Assembly: GCA_016288815.1 (NCBI GenBank)
Contig: JAEELF010000041.1
Location: 2,421 to 66,420, forward strand
Length of the DNA: 64,000 bases
Origin: Ruminococcus sp.
Lineage (GTDB): Bacteria > Bacillota > Clostridia > Oscillospirales > Ruminococcaceae
Direction: 5' to 3'
Shown: positions 1 to 8,285 of the stretch, in pieces
How positions within the stretch are numbered: the stretch's first letter is position 1
Layout: each line of letters starts with the position of its first letter
Notes under the pieces: model-generated
What the model was told of the DNA's origin: nothing
Seen by the model: only the letters and a program-made list of their open reading frames with translations
Databases searched by the model: none
Position numbers and translations under genes: made by a program

Positions 1-120
1 ACCGGTCAGGATAAGCCCCGCCGCCGTGCTCATCAGAGACTTTTCGAGCATGAACTTCCCGGCGATCGCGGAACGGTTCCTTTCAAAAAGCTCGCATTTG
101 TTTTTCAGTTCCTCAGTCAT
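1..120 (-). CDS. 5' part of a protein running off the left edge, resembles DUF4003 family
   Basis: ATG at 120 with GGAGG RBS; open frame MTEELKNKCELFERNRSAIAGKFMLEKSLMSTAAGLILTG to the edge; N-terminus recalls DUF4003 proteins (recognition by eye). Confidence 0.55.
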   Translation of the reverse strand, partial: MTEELKNKCELFERNRSAIAGKFMLEKSLMSTAAGLILTG

Positions 121-301
121 ATTTTCCTCCCGAACGTGAAATATCGTCATGTTATCAGCAAACTCTGACGGGAAGCGCGGAAGTGTCCCGCTATGCTCCC
201 CGCAGCTCCTGCAATAAGTATACCACACTTAGTCCCACAAATCAATTTGTTGCCAGCAAGTACAAAACAACATATTTTTGTAAAAATCATCGAGATTTCT
301 A

Positions 302-330
302 TTGCTTTTCCACAAATAATATAGTATAAT
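302..330 (+). promoter_or_regulatory. sigmaA promoter for the GGDEF-EAL gene
   Basis: TTGCTT(302-307)-17 nt-TATAAT(325-330). Confidence 0.65.
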
Positions 331-420
331 AATAGCAGATGACGTGCTGAACGTGATATCCAGGCCACGCGGCACCGGACACAGATCACAGCAGACACCA
401 GACTGCGGAAGGGAGCTACA

Positions 421-2688
421 ATGGATTTTCAGGAACTTGTCGATTGCTACAGTGCCCCGACCTCGATAATGTCAGTCGAGAGAACGGCTGACGGCGGGTA
501 CGGTGAGATACGGATAGTTACAGGAAATGCAAGCTATCTCTACCCCTTGGAGCACCCCGCCCTGCCGGTGACTCCGCATACGACAGGTATCCCGGACGTC
601 TTCATGGCCACTCATAGATTTATCCCGGGTTCTCCCTACACGGACTACCTCCCGAAGGATACCGGCTTCGAGGATATCCTCTACCGCTCCGCAGTGAAGA
701 AGATACCCGTGCATACATACGTCCACCTCAACGAGCTGAACATCTGGTTCGACATTTTCAGTATGCCCATGTCCGTTGAGGACGGGGACACCTGCTACTG
801 CATATACACCACACGCCCCTGCGACCCGGAGGAGGTCGGCGTGAGCTCGAGCCAGTCCGGAACAGCCTCCGAGGACGTGCTGAAAGCCTGTATTAAGCTC
901 CACAGCTCCGACGATTTCAAGCATAACATCGCCGACGTCATCAAGGACATCAGACTGATATGCCGGGCGGAGGTCTGCTCCATCATGGTAATGGACGACG
1001 CCCCCGGAAAATACTCCGTACTGACAGCGAGCATTGACGAAAAAAGCAAGGTCAAGCGCGTGACCGAATTCTCCAACTTCTCTGACATCGCCGCGTCGTG
1101 GGTGGACATGATGAGCGGCAGCGACTGCATGGTGCTCAAGGACGAAAACGACATCGAGCACATTCGCAAGCTCAACCCCGCATGGTACCACACCTTCGGG
1201 GCAGCCGGCGTCAGGAGCTTTATCCTGTTCCCGCTGCGCCACAACGATGAGGTCATCGGCTTCGTCTGGGCGACCAACTTCGACACGACCAACACCATGC
1301 GGATCAAGGAGACGCTCGAGCTCACCGCCTACTTCATCTCCTCGCAGCTCGCAGGCTACAGAATGATGGAGCGCCTGAAGCAGATGAGCTACACGGACGT
1401 GCTCACCTCGCTTCCCAACCGCTTTGCCTGCGACGAGCTGATAGATGAGCTTATCCGACAGGACGAGCGTTTCACGGCTGTCATGATCGACATCAACTCC
1501 TTCAAGAGCGTAAACGACACTATGGGCTTCCAGACCGGCAGCAAGGTGCTAATCGAGATAGCACAGCGCTGGAGGGTCTTAGCGGAAGCTGGTATATCCG
1601 GTACGAAGGACTACATCGCGCGTATCAGCGGCGACGAGTTCGCCCTCGTGATACGCGATTACCCGACCGAGGACGATGTGCTGAAAACTATCCAGATGTA
1701 CGAAGCAGCCCTCAGCAGCCGCCTGACCGTAGACGACTGCGACTTATACATCACCGCCAGTTTCGGGTACGCTTCATATCCGACAGATTCAAAGCTCAAA
1801 GACCCGCTGCTGACCTATTCCACCGCCGCGATGTACGAGATCAAGCGCTCCGGCGGCAGCCGCCATATACTCAGGTTCACGCCTGATCTGCTGAAGATTG
1901 AACGCACGATAGAGGTCGAAAAGATCATACGCGAGGCGCTCGAAAACGAGACCATATACTTCAATCTCCAGCCGCAGTATGATATGCAGCACAAGCTCAG
2001 GGGCTTCGAGGCGCTCGCCCGCATGAAGGACGCGGACGGAAACAACGTCAGCCCCGCGGAGTTTATCCCGGTGGCTGAAAAGGTCGGGCTCATTGACAAG
2101 GTAGACGGCGCTGTATACAGAAAATCAGCAGTCTTCTTCGGCGAACTGCTCAGGAACTCCGGAGCCGATCTTGTGCTCAGTATCAACGTTTCCGTGCGCC
2201 ACCTGATGAAAAACGACTTCCTTGACGAGATCCGGGAGGTGCTCAGAGTCAGCGGAGTCCCCGCCGACAGGCTCGAGATAGAGATAACAGAGTCGATCAT
2301 GATAGACTCCGCCGAAAAGGCGCTGAGGTGTATCGACAGGATAAAGGAAATGGGCATAAAAATAGCCATTGACGATTTCGGAACTGGCTATTCAGCGCTG
2401 AGCTACCTCAACAGCTTCCCAGCCGACCTCCTGAAGGTGGACAAATCCTTCATCGACAAGATGAACTCCAGCGAGTCCTCGAAGCAGTACGTCGCCGCGA
2501 TAATCTCCATGGGACACATCATGGGCTTCGAGGTGGTATCGGAGGGAGTGGAGCTCCAGGAACAGATCGAGACGCTGCGCGAGATTGGCTGCGACTACAT
2601 TCAGGGCTTCATCTGGGGAAGACCTCTCATTCCGGAGGCAGCTGAGGCGCTCGTGTACGAGATATCCGTTCCCAGCAGCGGCTCATAA
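421..2688 (+). CDS. GAF-like + GGDEF + EAL c-di-GMP cyclase/phosphodiesterase
   Basis: D..T.LPNR, ISGDEF, FEALAR, EITES, DDFGTGYS, EGVE and QGF motifs; GGGAG RBS. Confidence 0.93.
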   Translation: MDFQELVDCYSAPTSIMSVERTADGGYGEIRIVTGNASYLYPLEHPALPVTPHTTGIPDVFMATHRFIPGSPYTDYLPKDTGFEDILYRSAVKKIPVHTYVHLNELNIWFDIFSMPMSVEDGDTCYCIYTTRPCDPEEVGVSSSQSGTASEDVLKACIKLHSSDDFKHNIADVIKDIRLICRAEVCSIMVMDDAPGKYSVLTASIDEKSKVKRVTEFSNFSDIAASWVDMMSGSDCMVLKDENDIEHIRKLNPAWYHTFGAAGVRSFILFPLRHNDEVIGFVWATNFDTTNTMRIKETLELTAYFISSQLAGYRMMERLKQMSYTDVLTSLPNRFACDELIDELIRQDERFTAVMIDINSFKSVNDTMGFQTGSKVLIEIAQRWRVLAEAGISGTKDYIARISGDEFALVIRDYPTEDDVLKTIQMYEAALSSRLTVDDCDLYITASFGYASYPTDSKLKDPLLTYSTAAMYEIKRSGGSRHILRFTPDLLKIERTIEVEKIIREALENETIYFNLQPQYDMQHKLRGFEALARMKDADGNNVSPAEFIPVAEKVGLIDKVDGAVYRKSAVFFGELLRNSGADLVLSINVSVRHLMKNDFLDEIREVLRVSGVPADRLEIEITESIMIDSAEKALRCIDRIKEMGIKIAIDDFGTGYSALSYLNSFPADLLKVDKSFIDKMNSSESSKQYVAAIISMGHIMGFEVVSEGVELQEQIETLREIGCDYIQGFIWGRPLIPEAAEALVYEISVPSSGS

Positions 2689-2697
2689 AAACACAAA

Positions 2698-2725
2698 ACA
2701 AAGCTCCCCGCCCGGGGAGCTTTTT
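2698..2725 (+). terminator. intrinsic terminator
   Basis: AAAGCTCCCCG-CC-CGGGGAGCTTT hairpin followed by T run. Confidence 0.85.
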
Positions 2726-2750
2726 GTTATATGGTCATACCGGTCACGCA

Positions 2751-2779
2751 TTGACAAACCTCTGCAAACGTGGTATAAT
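2751..2779 (+). promoter_or_regulatory. consensus sigmaA promoter with extended -10, upstream of tcdA
   Basis: TTGACA(2751-2756)-17 nt-TATAAT(2774-2779), TG at 2771-2772. Confidence 0.9.
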
Positions 2780-2791
2780 CATACCGATTCT

Positions 2792-2885
2792 ATATGAATA
2801 CTTAGAAGCGTGCAACCTGACACAAGCTCAGTCACATCTGACTGCATAGGACGAAGTCACGCGCATTCTTCCAATATTGAACGAT
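2792..2885 (+). ncRNA. candidate structured RNA in the tcdA leader (6S-like or cis-regulatory)
   Basis: Nested pairings AATA/TATT, AGAA/TTCT, GCGTG/CACGC, CCT/AGG, CAGTC/GACTG form one long irregular hairpin between promoter and RBS. Confidence 0.4.
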
Positions 2886-2904
2886 ATCATTCCGGAGGTT
2901 TCAA

Positions 2905-3660
2905 ATGCTTGACCAATTTTCAAGAACGCAGCTTTTGATAGGGAAAGAGGGCATCGACCGTCTCAGAGCATCGCGCGTAGCAGTGTTCGGGATAGGCGGT
3001 GTCGGCGGCTACGTCTGCGAGGCACTTGTCCGCAGCGGCGTAGGTGCATTCGATCTCATCGACGACGACAAAGTGTGCCTGACAAATCTGAACCGACAGA
3101 TAATCGCGACCCGCAGGACCGTCGGGCAGTACAAAGCCGATGTCATGGCTGAGCGTATGCGCGAGATAAATCCTGACGTCGATATCCGCATCCACAAGTG
3201 TTTTTTCCTGCCGGAGAATGCCGACGAATTTCACTTCGAGGACCATGATTACATCGTTGACGCGGTCGATACAGTGACAGCAAAGCTGACGCTCGTCATG
3301 AAAGCGCAGGAAATGCAGATCCCGATCATCAGCAGCATGGGTGCGGGAAACAAGCTCGATCCGAGCGCATTCCGCGTCGCGGATATTTACGAAACGAAGG
3401 TCTGTCCGCTGGCGAAGGTCATGCGTATCGAATGCCGCAAGCGCGGCGTAAAAAAGCTGAAAGTGGTCTATTCCGAGGAAAAGCCGACCCGCCCGCTCGA
3501 GGATATGTCTATCTCCTGCCGGACGCACTGTATCTGCCCTCCGGGCGCGAAGCACAAGTGCACGGAGCGCCGCGATATCCCCGGAAGTACGGCGTTTGTG
3601 CCGTCGGTTGCGGGACTGATAATAGCAGGAGAGGTCGTGAAGGATCTATGCAGGAAATAA
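2905..3660 (+). CDS. tcdA: tRNA threonylcarbamoyladenosine dehydratase (ThiF/E1-like)
   Basis: GIGGVGG nucleotide-binding loop, TNLNRQ, DAVD, SMGAGNKLDP, CPLAKVMR, PGSTAFVP. Confidence 0.9.
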   Translation: MLDQFSRTQLLIGKEGIDRLRASRVAVFGIGGVGGYVCEALVRSGVGAFDLIDDDKVCLTNLNRQIIATRRTVGQYKADVMAERMREINPDVDIRIHKCFFLPENADEFHFEDHDYIVDAVDTVTAKLTLVMKAQEMQIPIISSMGAGNKLDPSAFRVADIYETKVCPLAKVMRIECRKRGVKKLKVVYSEEKPTRPLEDMSISCRTHCICPPGAKHKCTERRDIPGSTAFVPSVAGLIIAGEVVKDLCRK

Positions 3661-4349
3661 CATTCAGACAGGCTGTGCCGGACGATCTGGATGCGGTCAC
3701 TGAGCTTGAGCGGGCTTGCTTTCCCGAGGCAGAAGCTGCAAGCCGCGACGCATTTTCACTTCGTCTGCACACCTTCCCCGAGTGCTTCTGGCTCGCCGAA
3801 TCCAACGGACATATAGCTGCCATGATAAATGGCATGACGACCGACCTCCCCAACCTTACCGACGAGATGTACGAGGATACAGAGCTGTATTCTCCGAACG
3901 GTGCATGGCTAATGCTGTTCGGCGTGGCGACCTCTCCCGCAAGCCGGAAAAGCGGCTTTGCGTCTCGACTGATGTCACACGTCATCGAGCAGACGAAACA
4001 ACAGGGACGCCGTGGGATAGTCCTCACCTGCAAGGAAGCGCTGCTGCGGTTTTATCAGAGATCCGGGTTTGTCAGCGAGGGAATTTCCGGCTCTGTCCAC
4101 GGCGGCGCAGTCTGGTACCAGATGCGGCTGGACTTTGAGTCTGAGCTTTTCCGCTGCGCCCGCACCGGCGAGGAATGCTCGTTCTACATAAACGGCAGAC
4201 GCTGCCTGCTCTACGGCTGGCGGCAGTGCGACGGTGACTACCTGAATGTTTCCGATGAGGCAGGCACGATATTCTGGCAGACAGCAGGCTCAGGGCAAAC
4301 CGCGTGCGAGGCATTTATGCGGGCGTACCGTGATAATGCGCTCATCTGA
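3648..4349 (+). CDS. GNAT acetyltransferase with ~70-aa C-terminal extension
   Basis: Start reassigned to ATG 3648 (GAAGGA RBS, overlaps tcdA end); R..GFAS.LM acetyl-CoA motif, GIVLTC, FY...GF. Confidence 0.85.
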   Translation: MQEITFRQAVPDDLDAVTELERACFPEAEAASRDAFSLRLHTFPECFWLAESNGHIAAMINGMTTDLPNLTDEMYEDTELYSPNGAWLMLFGVATSPASRKSGFASRLMSHVIEQTKQQGRRGIVLTCKEALLRFYQRSGFVSEGISGSVHGGAVWYQMRLDFESELFRCARTGEECSFYINGRRCLLYGWRQCDGDYLNVSDEAGTIFWQTAGSGQTACEAFMRAYRDNALI

Positions 4350-4415
4350 TCTGCAATGTACTTCCTTCAGTCATTTTTGCATTTCATTATACCACTCTCC
4401 GTCAATAAGTCAACG

Positions 4416-4440
4416 AAAAAGCTCCCCACGGGGAGCTTTT
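4416..4440. terminator. bidirectional terminator between convergent genes
   Basis: AAAAAGCTCCCC-AC-GGGGAGCTTTT. Confidence 0.85.
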
Positions 4441-4483
4441 CACTTGCTTATTCAAGAGTATTTTTCAACTAACGGATCTATCC

Positions 4484-5044
4484 TCACTCAAATTTTTTGC
4501 CGACGCTTCGTGCAGCAGCAACGCTCTCGCCGACCTTTCTGTAGCATTTTGCAGCGGTATCGTAAATGACAAGCCCCACCTTGCTGTAATCGACCTTTCC
4601 GTCGGTCAGGACGCTCTCGTCAGCCTTCAGACCAACTACCTCAGCAACGACTCTGGTCTCATTGAATTCCTCCTGAATGTCGATGACCCTGCACTCGATA
4701 GTCACAGGGAGCTGGTCGATGACGGGCGCGTTCACCTTGTCGGACTTCGTAACGGTAAACCCGCACTTCTCCAGCTTGTTCTCAATGTTGTTTCCGGACA
4801 CTACGCCCACATAATCACAGGCAGCGATCTGCTCTGCCGTAGCATACGCGACAGTGAACTCCCTGTTGAGCTTGATGTTATCAGTCGTGCGGTGCGACCC
4901 TGCAAGGCTAACTGATATCTGGCTCATGCCGACCTGTCCTCCCCACGCCGCGTTCATTGCATTGGGAGTTCCGTCAGCGTTGTAAGTGCCTATGATAAGC
5001 ACAGGGAGCGGGGCGAAAATGCCTTTTTCAAACGATAATTTCAA
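4484..5044 (-). CDS. flavin reductase (DIM6/NTAB) family protein
   Basis: P.PVLIIGTY...GTPNAMNAAWGG, REFTV, APVI..LPVTIECRV. Confidence 0.88.
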   Translation of the reverse strand: MKLSFEKGIFAPLPVLIIGTYNADGTPNAMNAAWGGQVGMSQISVSLAGSHRTTDNIKLNREFTVAYATAEQIAACDYVGVVSGNNIENKLEKCGFTVTKSDKVNAPVIDQLPVTIECRVIDIQEEFNETRVVAEVVGLKADESVLTDGKVDYSKVGLVIYDTAAKCYRKVGESVAAARSVGKKFE

Positions 5045-5097
5045 AGTTCAAGACCTCCATGATGTGTTTTTTGAGCTATTCAGTTCCACGCAATCTA

Positions 5098-6279
5098 TCA
5101 AACATCGACCCGGACCGCAGCAGCCTTGAGGGCGCGTTTCTGTTCGTACATGGAATTGTCAGCGCGCTTGAAAACATCATTGTAGCTGCTGTCTTCCGAA
5201 TTGTCATATACAGCAAGACCGCTCGCTACGATCACCTTGCCGTTTTGCTGATTTTGGCGGATAGTATCCCGGAAGGAGCTCATAAGCGCATCACGATCCG
5301 CATAATTGTCTCCTTTAAGGATAGTGACAAACTCATCTCCGCCGATACGGAACACCGGACTATGAGTGAACTGACGACATATCACCTTGCAGGCGCTCTT
5401 GATGTATTCATCGCCGGCTTCATGACCTAATGTATCATTGATAGTTTTAAGGTCGTTCACATCAAATACGGCCACGCCGTACTCTGTCAATTCACCGGTC
5501 TCGAGAGCAGTTTCCAGTTCAGCCAGCGCTTCGAGATACGCCAGCTTGTTTCTCACGCCGGTCAGACCGTCCCTGTACGCTTTCTGCCTTGCCTGATTGA
5601 TAGCCATATTCTGTTCAGCGTCTTTATCCTGGTAAATGAATGTGTGGATAAGACAGGTACCGAACAGGCAGCCCATCGAATAGAACGGCATCAGCGGGAA
5701 AAACATCTGAACGACAATAAAGAAGGTCATGATGATGCCGGAAATACTTATCGTTCTGTAGTGTGACCTGTTCATACCCTCTGAACGTACCGCCATGACG
5801 ATAGCGAATACAGACGTTACGAGGAAAAGCACGATCTGAAGGAACAACCCGATATATCTCGCAGGAAGCGGGATATATTCCTTGTCTTCACTGAATTTAA
5901 AAACGACAGGAATAAACAGATTGACCATCAGAACGACGATCTCAAAGGTAAACACAGTCCAGCCGCTCGACACAAGGAGCTTTCCGGCTTTGTCTATTTT
6001 TCCGGAAAAAGCAACTACGGCTCTTGTCCAGAGAAGCACGGATAAAGCCATAGAAGCGAAAAACAGGCAGGTATCCGCATATGTAAGTATCACCCATTTC
6101 TGCTCATAGAAGAATCCCCACATAATATCTGAAATGAAGAATACGATCAGAGAGAGCAGATACTGACGGTATTTCAGCCGCACATTATTGCTGCTCGTGT
6201 TCTCGACCTTTCTGAGAGCCACGATGTTGATGATACATAGCACTATCAGCGAAATGGCTCCGATGCTGGAATAATACAT
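5098..6279 (-). CDS. multi-TM membrane diguanylate cyclase
   Basis: About 7 hydrophobic segments then D.LTGVRN, FDVNDLK.IND..GH..GD, RIGGDEF. Confidence 0.92.
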   Translation of the reverse strand: MYYSSIGAISLIVLCIINIVALRKVENTSSNNVRLKYRQYLLSLIVFFISDIMWGFFYEQKWVILTYADTCLFFASMALSVLLWTRAVVAFSGKIDKAGKLLVSSGWTVFTFEIVVLMVNLFIPVVFKFSEDKEYIPLPARYIGLFLQIVLFLVTSVFAIVMAVRSEGMNRSHYRTISISGIIMTFFIVVQMFFPLMPFYSMGCLFGTCLIHTFIYQDKDAEQNMAINQARQKAYRDGLTGVRNKLAYLEALAELETALETGELTEYGVAVFDVNDLKTINDTLGHEAGDEYIKSACKVICRQFTHSPVFRIGGDEFVTILKGDNYADRDALMSSFRDTIRQNQQNGKVIVASGLAVYDNSEDSSYNDVFKRADNSMYEQKRALKAAAVRVDV

Positions 6280-6291
6280 AAACCGTCTCCT

Positions 6292-7944
6292 TTACTGTTT
6301 CTGTCTTTTTTTTCTGTCACGCTTGTTCTCATACATGAACTGATCCGCCCGCTTCATAACATCAGCCGCGCTGCTGTCTGATGACGGATCAAAAACAGCA
6401 AATCCCTTGGAGAGCTGCACCCGTTCCCACGGCTCAGCGGCAGCAGCATTTATCTCCGCTGCGGCAGAGTCAAAACGTTCCCCGATCACATCACGGTCAT
6501 TATAGTCCTCATGCTCCAGAATGACGGCGAATTCATCTCCGCCCATACGGAACACAGGGCTGTGCTTGAAGACCTCACAAATGGTATGAGCGGCTTTTTT
6601 CAGGTAAATGTCGCCCTTATCATGTCCATACCGGTCATTGATGAGCTTCAGGTCATCGCTGTCGAAAACTCCGACAGCAAACTCAATATCCTTTGCACCG
6701 CTATCGATCTCCTGCTGGATCTGGTCAAAGAGATTTGACAGCGCGCCCTTGTTTTTCACATTCGTCAGCGCATCGATAAACACCTGCCCGTTCAGGTCAT
6801 TGATATGCACCTTCACATTATCCGACAGCGTTCTGAACGACCTTGTCAGTCTGCCGATCTCATCTTCTCTGTCATAGGACAGAACGAAGTCATAATTGCC
6901 CTTATCCACCTGTTCCGCTGCCTTGGTGAGCTCTTCAAGCGGTCTGGTGATACGTCTTGTGTTGTACATCAGGAAAAGACTTGCTGCGATCAGGACGACA
7001 ACGGCGCCCATGATTATATTCAGGATCAGTCCCTTCCAGTCACCCTGTGTTTCCGAGACAGGAACTGTGACTGTCAGGCGCATACCATTGCTCAGCAAGC
7101 GCCAGACCGCCTCTTTTTCCTCTCCGAGATATGTATACCGGATCACATTGTTCCCGTCCGATTCGTCGAAAGGTATCTCAAATTCCGATTCCGAAGGAAG
7201 ATCTGCCACGTCAAGGCGCGGGTGATAGAAGAGCTTCCCGTCAGTGCCGCTCAGGAACGCATATCCGTTATCGTAAAGGCGGAGACTGTTAATTTCCTCT
7301 GCCATTGTGGAATAGTCCACTTCGATGCCGACAACGCCGATGAACCGTCCCTTCCAATAGACCGGCGCATCGTAGGAGATAACGCGCACATCAAGGTTGT
7401 CCGTGATATAGGGCGGGAGCCATATAGGCTTTTCCTCGTGCTTCGGGACTGTGAACCATACCAGCCTTGAGGTATCCTCAACATCATACTGCGTGATATC
7501 GGTGACCTCATGCTCCTCAAAGCCTTCGCCGGTCAGATCAGTGTACCAGAAGCCCTTTACCTCAGAGGAGACCGACGGGTCGATACGGTAATAATAGGTC
7601 AGAACGCCCTTGGTCTTGGAAGCCATTATCCCGAAGTATTCCCGGGCTCGCTCCATATGCTCTGCAAATTCCTCATCGGTGTCCACGTTTTCGAGGTCTT
7701 CCTCCGCATAGGACGTGACCTTCAGCACCGAGTTCTGGACGCTGTCGAAATAGTAATCAAGACTCCGCTCCCCTGACTCGCAGAGCATCTGCAGCAGCTG
7801 ATCCGATTTGTTGCTCTCGGTCTTGCGGATAAAAACAGCGCTGAGCAGCGTGGTGACTGCAAGAGCTGCAAGTATAACACAGAGCACGGTCATAGTGATC
7901 CGTGTCCTTAAAGAGTGTGGAAAAAACTTGGGATCCAGCTTCAT
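6292..7944 (-). CDS. Cache-HAMP diguanylate cyclase
   Basis: TM, extracellular Cache-like domain (WFTVP, W.PPY, ISY..PV), TM, HAMP (RDEIGRL..SF), RMGGDEF. Confidence 0.92.
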   Translation of the reverse strand: MKLDPKFFPHSLRTRITMTVLCVILAALAVTTLLSAVFIRKTESNKSDQLLQMLCESGERSLDYYFDSVQNSVLKVTSYAEEDLENVDTDEEFAEHMERAREYFGIMASKTKGVLTYYYRIDPSVSSEVKGFWYTDLTGEGFEEHEVTDITQYDVEDTSRLVWFTVPKHEEKPIWLPPYITDNLDVRVISYDAPVYWKGRFIGVVGIEVDYSTMAEEINSLRLYDNGYAFLSGTDGKLFYHPRLDVADLPSESEFEIPFDESDGNNVIRYTYLGEEKEAVWRLLSNGMRLTVTVPVSETQGDWKGLILNIIMGAVVVLIAASLFLMYNTRRITRPLEELTKAAEQVDKGNYDFVLSYDREDEIGRLTRSFRTLSDNVKVHINDLNGQVFIDALTNVKNKGALSNLFDQIQQEIDSGAKDIEFAVGVFDSDDLKLINDRYGHDKGDIYLKKAAHTICEVFKHSPVFRMGGDEFAVILEHEDYNDRDVIGERFDSAAAEINAAAAEPWERVQLSKGFAVFDPSSDSSAADVMKRADQFMYENKRDRKKRQKQ

Positions 7945-8197
7945 AGCAGCCTCCTGTTCTGTCAGAGTATTGGGTGAGTTGACCAGTATTCAGTTCATAC
8001 AGGATCTTTACAATCATTATACCATTTTCCGAGCGGATAATAAAGTGCCATGGTGGAAAAGTGTATAATTTTGTGTAATCGAACAAATTGACGCTTACGA
8101 ACTTGTTCAAAATCTCCAAAACCTCACAAGTGATGCCGCTGCGCAGAGGCAAGGATAATGGTAGATCTGAAAGCCTGATACCCACGGAAGTACAAAA

Positions 8198-8227
8198 AGA
8201 AAAGAGAGCAAAAATGCTCTCTTTTCT
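8198..8227 (-). terminator. terminator closing the pilus operon
   Basis: AGAAAAGAGAGCA-AAAA-TGCTCTCTTTTCT 13-bp stem, U-tract on - strand. Confidence 0.85.
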
Positions 8228-8285
8228 GTCATATACTATGATGTTTCAGCTGCTCACGAAAAGTGCCTGCCCGGTCTTAGTATTT

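Noticed and set aside
3432-3647. N-terminal 72 aa of the 305-aa GNAT ORF in the track
   Set aside because: Lies within tcdA in another frame; GNAT similarity and RBS start at 3648.
8051-8057. TGGTGGA matching the tRNA-Ala 3' end as a possible second att site
   Set aside because: Only 7 bp; expected by chance in 64 kb.
7757-8185. 142-aa minus-strand ORF between pilus terminator and DGC
   Set aside because: No RBS, crosses the DGC promoter and start, no recognisable motif.
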